DNA from: Selaginella moellendorffii
Taxonomy: Eukaryota; Plantae; Lycopodiophyta
Length of the DNA stretch: 64,000 bases
Direction of reading: 5' to 3'
Assembly: GCF_000143415.4 (NCBI RefSeq)
Contig: NW_003314262.1
Location: 857,878-921,877 of the forward strand
Shown piece after piece: positions 25,340 through 35,000 of the stretch. Both the position numbers and the translations under genes were made by a program. How positions within the stretch are numbered: the stretch's first letter is position 1; the number at the start of each line of letters is the position of its first letter. Under the pieces are notes generated by a model that saw only the letters and a program-made list of their open reading frames with translations, was not told the DNA's origin and did not search any database.

Positions 25340-28300
25340 AGGACTGCAGTGGAGCCAGTTTGGCCAGGAAAGGCCAGTTTGGCCCAGGAAGGCCAGACCC
25401 AGTGTTGGGTGATGAACTGACCACTGGGAAGTCCAAGACTAGAGTGAATACGGACCGACAAGCGGGGTAGCTTGGTGAAGTGTTCAAGAGCCAGCTCTAG
25501 TTCCCCCGGGAGATCGACTGGCCGATGCTCCCAGTCCAAGTGTGGGTGGCACTACCTACTTGGATACCAAGCGTGGCTCAATGGAACCTCGCTCTAAGCC
25601 CATGGCTAGAGCACCTAAAGGCGATAGGTGGGGAGAGTACCCAGGTGGCTCGCGTAAGGCCACGGTGTTCCGAAATGTTGTCCCAAAGGCCCAGACTGTG
25701 GAAAGGAAGAGGAGCAGTCCTCTGGGGTAGTGACCAAGGACACAGTCATGTGGTGAGGAAGTCCCAGAGGACCGTGGGACTTAGTGGTCGGGCCTGTGGG
25801 CCTCGATCCAGTGGCAGTGTTGGCAAACACGGCTAGGGGCAGAAAGGGACTTGGTAGGAACTGACAAAGGGACTTTGGGGAAGGCAATTCCCTAGGTCTG
25901 TGGGCATCCTAAGGATGCTAAGGAGTGGATCTAGGATGACCCCTCGTGGACACATGGCCCAGTCTTGGAGAGACGAGGTGGTGATGCAAGTGGTGTTGAA
26001 CCACTAGTGCAGCAAAGGTGAATGGGCATGGCCTTAGCGTAACGGGCCGAGATGTCAGTGGTACCTTTGGGTGTCGGTCTCAGGACCGGACACGTGGAGC
26101 ACTTGGACCAGGTGCAAGTGTGGAGTGGCATGGATGCCATTCTTGGGGCTAGCAAGTCCCGAGTCCTGAATTGGATTGATGGAGGTTGTGAATGAGACTC
26201 CTCCAAGTAGTCGGAGGTGTGGTTAAGTGACTAAAGTAGAATGGAAAATTTAGTCGCTTACAATTTGGTATCGGAGCTGTTCCTTAGTTCGACTTTTATT
26301 GGTGCTCAAGTATATCACCACTAGTGTTGGCATCAGAAGGTCCGAGGAGTGGGCCTATCCTTGAGGAGTAGCAAGTCGGGAAGACATGGCTCTCCATTAC
26401 AGTTCATGTGTGAACTTGTAGACGAGGTGGTGGATAGAAAAGGGCCAATAATGGAACGACTTTGGGATCTTGGGAACAGTGCAAGGTTTTCCTCATATAG
26501 TTGAGGTTGGTGCTCATGAATGTGAGACCAAAGGTAATGACCGTGGAAGGTCAAATACGGAAGAGGACCTCAAGTCCTTGAAATGGTAGCCGGGGCTACC
26601 TCTAATAAATGCTGGAACAACCCAAGGAGTTGGGGGTGTATTAAGTGGATGAGTTGGTATTCTCATCACATGGACAAGTAGTCCTAAGGGGCAAAGGTTG
26701 CCCCCAGAGAACAAAATCAAGTGTCGGAGTAACACTTGTGAAAATAGTCCTTTTGAGTAGGACTGGAATGCAAGAAGTGTATTCCAGTGAGCTAGTGCCT
26801 CATAAGTAGGACCTTACGGGTCGGTGGATTAACCAAGTCCAAAACTGCTAGACGACTCAAGTAGAGTCAAGGGATGGTCCTAAAAGGACTGATAGAAGCA
26901 TTTGGACTGAGCTGCGTTGTACCCCACAAAGGATGGGGGGGGGATCATAGGATCCAAGGATGAGAACAGAGAGTATCTCATCGATGGCAAAATGTGCCAT
27001 GCTAAAGTTATGGGAAAGGTGTTCCCAGAAGAAAACAACTTTGACATAAAGTTGTGTGTGACCTCTATGGTGTAGTGCTAACGGATGGTTGGCATGAGAA
27101 AGAGCGGTGTTGGTCTTGGCAAAGACTTAAACACGAAGGGGAAGTGTCATAGAGGTAGGCTCGTGGAGCTGATGGTGTGGAGACACCAAATGTGCCAAGG
27201 TGTGATACCTTGAGGCTATGTTGGTGGGTTCATGAGAACCCCTTGCCAAAGGAATCCCAATTGGAATGGGAATGGCATAGCCTAAGCGGCAGAGCATGCA
27301 GTTAGAGTGCGGTGACCCAGATAATGATGGAGGTGTGCAAGCACCAAGCAATGAGTTGTAGGACTTGACAACCATGAGGCAACTAAGCAAGAGGTGCAAA
27401 ATAACTGGTTAAATGGGTAGAAGGTAGCTACCCAAGACTTCTAGTATAGGGAAGTCGGATATACCCTTACGGGGGATAAGTTGCTTATGTTGCGATATAA
27501 TAAGTCAATGTCATAAAAGGAAATACTCATTGTCAAGAAAGCCATCATTGGGACACCTGAACATTCTAGAACACCAGAAGGTGGTGTTTGATGTCGCGAG
27601 GGCAATGGATAAAGCCCAAGCGACTAAGTCCCTAGCGAATGATGGATAGAAGGTGCTATCCAAATGTCCAAGGTTGCGGAGACAGGAGAGGACTGTTTAC
27701 CCGAGTTGGACAAAGCCAAAAATGAAATTTTGGCAAGGCTAGTGATGGGCATGTAAAGGCCCATAAGCAACAATGTAATCCCAGTGTGTTGGATTATAAG
27801 GTGAGCATACCCGGATTGAGGAACCACTCCCTAGGCTATTGGGTAGGTTCATCCCTAAGAATACTTGCTAAGGCATGATAGAAAGTGCAAAGCTATCCTC
27901 CTGGTCTGGAGGAGAATGACCAAAGGAAAGGTGTGAAGCCAAAAAGCAAGAAGTAAGGGGATAGAACCGAACCATAGGAATCAAAGGGCATAACCAAGGT
28001 TGGTTATGCCAGCTGGGAGTGGAGAATCAAGAGGGTGCTCGAGGATGTTGTTGCTAGCAACCGTGATGCCATAGAGAGTCTAAAATATGGAATTGTCCAT
28101 GTTAGACTATATGGCAACTATAAAGCTTGCGAAAGGGGAGGCCTTAGCAAGCTGAGGGACAGAGTTCCTTCAAGGTTCCCAAAGACGATTCTAGGTAGCG
28201 TAGTACCTAGAAAGGCCAAGTGTAAATGATTCATGGAACGCGCGAAATCAGAGTGGCGCAGCAGAAGCGTGGTCTTGAAGCTTGCCATGAGGCAAGGTTA

Positions 28301-30040
28301 TCAAGGTTAGGGAAGTAGTTCCCGAGTGTTCAAAGAGAGGGCTTTGAACGAAAGTCGATGGTCAAGGACTTTCACGCTTATGCAGGAACCATGTTACAAT
28401 GGTCGGAGAACTTGCCAAGTGAGATTGGCACGTCGGGGGAACAAAGACCCTAGTTGAAGGTGATAACTTCAAAAAGGGTGGGCCATGGGGCCGAGCATGG
28501 AGGAGTCCATGCATGATCACAGACATGTCAAGTGAGAGGACTTGGCAGTGTGGAGGAACTAGGTTCCTAAGCTGTGATCTGTAGCGCACTTTAAAAATAA
28601 GTTGGTGCACCGGCGTGGGGAGTCACGCCAGGCATCTAGTGTGATGCCATCCGTAGATGCATATACGGAGGTTGGGTTCGAGTCCCGACCCTCTAGTGCT
28701 TGGGTTCGAGTCCCAAATCACTAGGGCGTGGTGATGGTTTGGAATATGAGGACACTCATATTTCGGTGGTCATGGACTCTCAGTGGGGAGACTGGTTTGG
28801 GCACACCGCCAAGCGAGGGATGCCTCGGAGTCGTGATGCACGGTTAGATTGCTTAGTGTGAAAGCTCAGCATATCTAACTTGAACACTTTGGTGCAAGTG
28901 GCACCAAGGTCGTGGTGAGTGAGATGGGGACACCTAATCTCAGTTGCTATGAACCCTTGGCCGTAAGGGCTAGCTTGGGTGCACCGCCAAGTGTGGGGGA
29001 TGCCCCCGGGGTTGTAGTCAACAACTTGGAGGTCTAGAAAACCAAGTACCTCTTGGCAACTCTGTTAAGGTGCTAAGGTGAGATCACTAGGTGATCTTAT
29101 GGCCAGATAAGGACAAGGTCCTTGGTTGGCTAAGGAATGAAGTTCCTGGTTCAAAATGTTGAAATTGAACTGTTTAAGGTGGTGTGGCTTGGTCGTGATA
29201 ACCAAGTGGGAAGAGCACCTAAGGGAAAATAAACTATGTCCGTGCGATGGCATAGTGAGTCCGAGGAAAGTAGTCTCTATAAAAGACCTATGGGAGGGTC
29301 ACGAAGTTGGGCCGTGGATAGAGCCCATAGCAGAAGATGCTAAAGAGACGTACTAGGGGTGAACGTCCTCCGGACTTGGCAAAGAAGCGTCTTTGCTATG
29401 GAACCGAAACAATACCTCAAGGAGGGAGGTAGAGATTCGATGTTGCTTGGTGCAACAATCAACGGATAGGAGCAAAAGATGAGTGGCCAAGATAGGGCCG
29501 TGGAATCCCTTGGAAGGAATCCAAGTGACAAAGTTAGGCGAGGAACATTAATGTGTTGGATGCTAACAAGTTGCGGGAAAGGAAGTGTGTTTCCAAGGAG
29601 GGATTCCGAAATGCTCCGAGTTGGCGAAAGTGGAAGCTCCAAGGGAGGGAGCGGTAAGGTAGCCAAATGATAGGGCCATGAACAGCCCTAGCACAAAGCA
29701 TGATAACTGGAACTTTGGCACGAAATAGAAGAGAGGATGATGGTGCCCTCGAGTAGAGAACTTCCTAGGATGGGAAGTGGAGTTGCACAAAAGGTGCAAG
29801 GCAAGGTGTCGGAGACACCTAGGAAATTGACTCCAAGAAGTCAAAAATTCAAAGTTCCAAAGTGCAAAGGTTATATCGATGGAAATTGAGACTACTCGAG
29901 AAGGAGTAGTGGGATTGACTTAGAGAAGGGTCTCTAAGAGGTTTAGCGAGAACTAAACCAATAAAAGGATGAACCATTACATGTGGTCCAATCAGTCTCT
30001 AAATTGGAGAGACTACGCTCCTTAAAGGATGGACAAGGCA
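25340..30040 (+). ncRNA. Candidate giant structured RNA (continuous chain of short stem-loops) forming the distal LTR and internal region of the non-coding element
   Basis: Dozens of adjacent 5-8 bp hairpins read by eye, e.g. 26401-26416, 26585-26600, 27035-27055, 27226-27241, 27643-27662, 28612-28690, 29804-29820, 29891-29910 and 29919-29938. Confidence 0.65.
26266..26277 (+). promoter_or_regulatory. Primer-binding site complementary to the initiator tRNA-Met 3' end
   Basis: TGGTATCGGAGC lies 3 nt after the LTR end; the plant consensus is TGGTATCAGAGC. Confidence 0.9.
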
Positions 30041-30419
30041 AAAGATGGTCCTTATGAGTAGGACATGAATATAAGAAGTTGTATTTTAGTTGGCACCTTA
30101 AAAGTAAGACCTTATAGATCGTCAGATTAGCAAAGTCCAAAAACTAAATTATTCAAGTGGAGTCAAGGTATAGTTTTAAAGGATTGTGTGAGACACAAAA
30201 TCCTTAGGCCCCAAAGTGGAGCCGGAAGGGCGCCACATGGTAGTGGCCGAAGCGAGAGCTAAACGAGCGTAACACGTTTGGACCAAAAGCTCCGACTTGA
30301 AAAGTCAAGAGCGGGAGTGCAACTCCCAACGAAGTGCTCGAGGAACGAGCACGAAGCGAGCAAAAGGCAAGGCTCCAAAAAGGGACCCAAAAGGACCAAC
30401 ACATGACACGTGGGAGTGT

Positions 30420-31010
30420 CCGAGATGGACTCGAGTTGGAGTCCGAAGTGGAGTCCGAGATGGACTCGAGTTGGAGTCCGAAGTGGAGTCCGAGATGGAC
30501 CCGAGTTGGAGTCCGAAGTGGAGTCCGAGATGGACCCGAGTTGGAGTCCGAAGTGGAGTCCGAGATGGACCCGAGATGGAGTCCGAGATGGAGTCCGAAG
30601 TGGAGTCCGAGGTGGACCCGAGATTGACCCGAGTTGGAGTCCGAAGTGGAGTCCGAGATGGACCCGAGATGGAGTCCGAGATGGAGTCCGAGATGGAGTC
30701 CGAGGTGGACCCGAGATGGACCCGAAATGGAGTCCGAGATGGACCCGAGATGGAGTCCGAGATGGAGTCCGAGATGGACCTGAGATGGACCCGAGGTGGA
30801 GTCCGAGATGGAGTCCGAAGTCGAGACCGAGACCGGGACCGAGACCGGGACCGAGACCGAGACCGAGATCGGGACCGAGACCGAGGCCGAGGCCGAGACC
30901 GAGCCCGAGCCCGAGTCCGAGCCCGAATCCGAGTCTGAGTCCGAGTCCAAGTCTGAGTCCGAGTCCGAGTCCGAGTCCGAGTCCGAGTCCGAGTCCGAGT
31001 CCGGAGTCTG
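30420..31010 (+). repeat. LTR minisatellite, second copy (adds GAGTTGGAGTCCGAAGTG variants)
   Basis: Directly visible tandem GAGTCC/GAGACC-based units. Confidence 0.97.
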
Positions 31011-32006
31011 AGAGGGTGAAAGCCCAAAGCGTTCGTCTCCCAGACCCTGGGGGGTTTGGTGAGCTCCAAAAGTATAGTAGGGGGAGGACTGCAGTGGAGC
31101 CAGTTTGGCCAGGAAAGGCCAGTTTGGCCCAGGAAGGCCGGACCCAGTGTTGGGTGATGAGCTGCCCACTGGGAAGTCCAAGACTAGAGTGAACATGGAC
31201 CGACAAGCGGGGTAGTTTGGTGAAGTGTTCAAGAGCCGGCTCTAGTTCCCCCGGGAGATCGACTGGCCGATGCTCCCAGTCCAAGTGTGGGTGGCACTAC
31301 CTACTTGGATACCTGGTGTGGCTCAACGGAACCCGCTCTAAGCCCATGGCTAGAGCACCCAAGGGCAGAAGGCGAGGAGAGTACCCAGGTGGCTCGCGTA
31401 AGGCCACGGTGTTCCGAAATGTTGTCCCAAAGGCCCAGACTGTGGAAAGGAAGAGGAGCAGTCCTCTGGGGTAGTGAGCAAGGACACAGTCACACAGTGA
31501 GGAAGTCCTAGAGGATAGTGGGACTTAGTGGTCGGGCCGGTGGGCCTCGATCCAGTGGCAGTGTTGGCGAACACAGCCAAGGACAGAAAGGGACTTGGTG
31601 GGGACCGGAACAGAGATATTGGGGAAGGCTATTCCCCATGTCTGTAGGCATCCTAAGGATGTTAAGGAGTGGATCTGGGATGATCACTCATGGATGGATG
31701 ACCCAGTCTTTGAGAGACGGGATTGGAATGTAGGTGGTGTCGGGCCACCAATGTGACCGAGGTAAATGGGCATGGCCTTAGCGTAGCAGGCCGATATGCC
31801 GGTGATACCGTGGGGTGTCGATCATGGGATCGGACATGTGAAGCACTTGGACCAAGTGCTAAGGTTGAGTGGCATGGATGCCATTCTAGGGGCTAGCAAG
31901 CCCCAAGTCCTGAGTTGGGCTTATGGAGGTTGTGAATGAGACTCCTCCAAGTGGTCGGAGGTGTGGTTAAGTGACTAAAGTAGAATGGAAAAATTAGTCG
32001 CTTACA

Positions 32007-35000
32007 GTGAGTTGTTATAACACATTTCCGCAGGTCCCAAATGACTTACCCAATCGGTCTGGTCTCCCGAGACATAGCATCGCAAATAATCCTCCAGCTG
32101 CCTATTCACCCTTTCCGTTTGTCCGTCTGTCAAGAAGTGTTAGTGCAAACAACTTGACTTAATACCCCATACCTGTCTGTGGGTGATAGGCTGTGCTAAA
32201 TTTCAACTTGGTGCGATACTATTCCAGGAGAGTCCTCCAGAACCTACTGGTGAAGATCTTATCTCGATCTGAGATGATCTCTTCCGGTCTTCCCCGCACT
32301 CGAACCACTTGTTCGAAGAATAGCTTTGCCACACCTTCCGCATCCACCTCCGTTGTGGTGGGTATGAAATGTGCCATTTTCAAAAATCGGTCCACCACCA
32401 CGAATATCGCATCAAACCCCTCGCTTGGGGGGAGTCCCGTGATGAAGTCCATCGTAAGATATTTCCACGGATGATCTGGAATTGGGATGCTTTGCAACAA
32501 GCCCCCACTAGCCTTAGTCACGGCTTTTACCTGCTGACATGTTGGACATGTCTTTACATAGTCTTGGACGTCCTTAGCCATATCTGGCCAATGGTACTTC
32601 CTCTTGAGTAAGCCCATCGTCTTGGGCACTCCGCCGTGTCCCGCAACAGGTCCGTCATGACACTCTTCTAATGCCACCTTCCTTAGTTCCCCTTCTGGAA
32701 CATACACCCTCGTTTGCTTGTAATAGATGAGTCTGTTGCGTTCCGCATAGCCCGTTTTTCTCTTCCGTTGGCAGCTCACCTCTCTGGTGAGCTTCCCGTG
32801 CCTCTAGATTCCTCAGCAACACTTCTTGTGCTAGACCATCGTTCTCATATGCTGTCCGCACATCGTCCCAGAAGGTTGCTGTTGCACTGGATATTGCCAA
32901 CCTCAAGCTCGCTTTTTGACTTAGCGCATCTGCCACAATGTTGCTCTTCCTAGGCTTGTACAGAATCTCGCAATCAAACTCGGCCAAGGCATTGGCCCAC
33001 CGACCTTGTTTCCCTCTTAGGTCGGGTTGTGACAAGAAGTGTTTCGTTGCCACATTGTCCGTGTAAACCTTGAAGTGTCTCCCAAGGTAGTGTCGCCACT
33101 CCTTGAGTGCCTTGACCACCACAAACAATTCCTTCTCGTGGGCAGGCCACTTCCGTTGAGCCTTGTCCAACTTCTTCGAGAAGAACGCTACCGGATCGTT
33201 GTCTTGCTTCAAAACTGCGCCCAACACAAAGTCCGAAGCATCCATTTCTACCTCAAAGTCCTTACCAAAGTCTGGTAATGCCAATACAGGAGCCTTCCTC
33301 AACTGCCCTTTGAGGTGGACAAATGCCACCTCGCATTCCGCTGTCCACACCATCTTCCCTTTTCCTGTTTGGTCCGTTAAGGGCAGGGCTACTCTCGAAT
33401 AGTGTCTGATAAACTTTCGATAGTAGTTGCATAGCCCCAGGAATGCCCTCAACTCGTATACATTCGGTGGTCGCTCCCATTCCTGGATCACTTGGACCTT
33501 CTTCGGGTCCACCTTGAGCTCGTCCTGGCCCACCACATGCCCGAGAAGCTTTACCTCTTGTTGAGCAAAGTCACATTTGCTCTCTTTAGCATACAGTTTG
33601 TGTTCCCTTAGTTTCTCAAACACCTTCGCCAAGTGTTCGGCATGCTCCTCTAGCGTCTCGCTATAGATCAGGATGTCGTCGATATAGACGACCACGAAGT
33701 GATCCAGATAGGGTACAAAGATGTGGTTCATTAGCGCCGAAAACGTTGCCGGCGCATTACATAGCCCGAAGGGCATCACCAGAAACTCAAAGCTCCCATA
33801 CCTCGTTCGACAAGTTGTCTTCTCGACATCTTCCTCGGCTACCCTGATCTGGTAGTATTCTGACCTTAGGTCAATCCTCGAGAAGTATTTTGCCTTTCCC
33901 AACCTATCGAACAGGTCCTCAATCCTTGGCAAAGGGTACTTGTTCTTCTTTGTATACTTGTTGAGCAACCGGTAATCTATGCACATGTGCATAGATCCAT
34001 CTTTCTTTTTCACAAATAACACCAGCGCCCCATACGGCGACTTGCTCAACCTAACATACCCTTTGTCCACCAACTCCTCTAGTTGGCACTTGAGCTCCTT
34101 GAATTCTTTTTCGTTCAAACGATAAGGGGGACGAACCACTGCCTCAGCACCCTCGACTAGCTCAATCTTATGTTCTATCGGTCGTGCTGGGGGTAGCCCC
34201 GCCGGTAGCTCCTCCGGCATGGTATCCTGGAATTGGTCCAACACCCGCTAGATCACTAAAGAACTTCTTCCATTCCTGTCTTTTCGTCACTCTTCACCGA
34301 GAGTAAGCACAAAAAGGCCGCCTTAGTTCCTTTAGTGAGTTGTCCTCTCGTGGACACCAGGTTTAAGCAGGAATCTTTAGCCTTGCTTTGCCCTACCTTT
34401 AGATCTTGGGCCTCCACCCTAGATCTTCTTCCTTGGGCATTCGCTAGTACCACAAGGTTCCTACCTTGTCCATGCAAGGCCACCACGAATCGATTGAACC
34501 AGTCCATTCCGAAGATCATGTCAAATCCCGCCATGTCCAACACGGTGAAATCCATGTCCACCTTCCAAGTCCCCACTTCGACTCTCGCTTGTCGAAGTAC
34601 CTCATCGGTGCTTTGGCTACCTTGAACAAACTCTATAGTCCTTGGTTCGCCTAGCCGCTGCACCGTTAGTCCGGCTTGCCGGACTATGTCTGCAGCCACA
34701 AAATTATCCGAAGCACCCGTATCAATAAGGATCTTAACAAAGCTACCTCCGAGCTTCCCTCGGAGGGCTAGTAAATGTCGCGAACGACTCTCTACCAAAG
34801 TTGCTCGTGTAATGAGTAACTTTGAGTTAGGGACTGGATCACATACCTCAGTTTGGACTTCACCCGACTTGATGGCCATATTGGCTCTGGCCTTCTTCGG
34901 GTAGGGACATTCCCTCGAGAAGTGTCCCGCTTCCCCACAATTGTAGCATACGTTGTTTCCCACGCTGCTATACGACTTGACCTTCTTATCTGTGGGTTTG

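Larger units (their letters stand above)
24488..32006 (+). mobile_element. Non-autonomous LTR retroelement (LARD-like): LTR 24488-26262, non-coding internal region 26263-30186, LTR 30187-32006
   Basis: Both LTRs start TGTGA and end CGCTTACA. A tRNA-Met-type PBS, TGGTATCGGAGC, lies at 26266-26277. No gag/pol motifs are seen in the internal region and there is no matching TSD. Confidence 0.9.

Noticed and set aside
25400-25440. Hammerhead ribozyme or retrozyme in the LTR (GGTGATGA motif)
   Set aside because: No CUGAUGA...GAAA core with the correct three-stem topology was found by eye. An Infernal search would be needed to exclude other ribozymes.
24464-25539. Long overlapping low-complexity ORFs (RS/RD/ES/GL repeats), also at 30204-31284, 36818-37276 and 44546-44924
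   Set aside because: Artefacts of stop-poor LTR minisatellites that are open in nearly all frames; not SR proteins
28660-28730. tRNA gene
   Set aside because: Only T-arm-like hairpins; no acceptor stem, D arm or anticodon arm
26333-30140. Short ORFs in the internal region as env-like or accessory genes
   Set aside because: All are 108 aa or shorter, show no recognisable motifs and are not evidently preserved in the other copies
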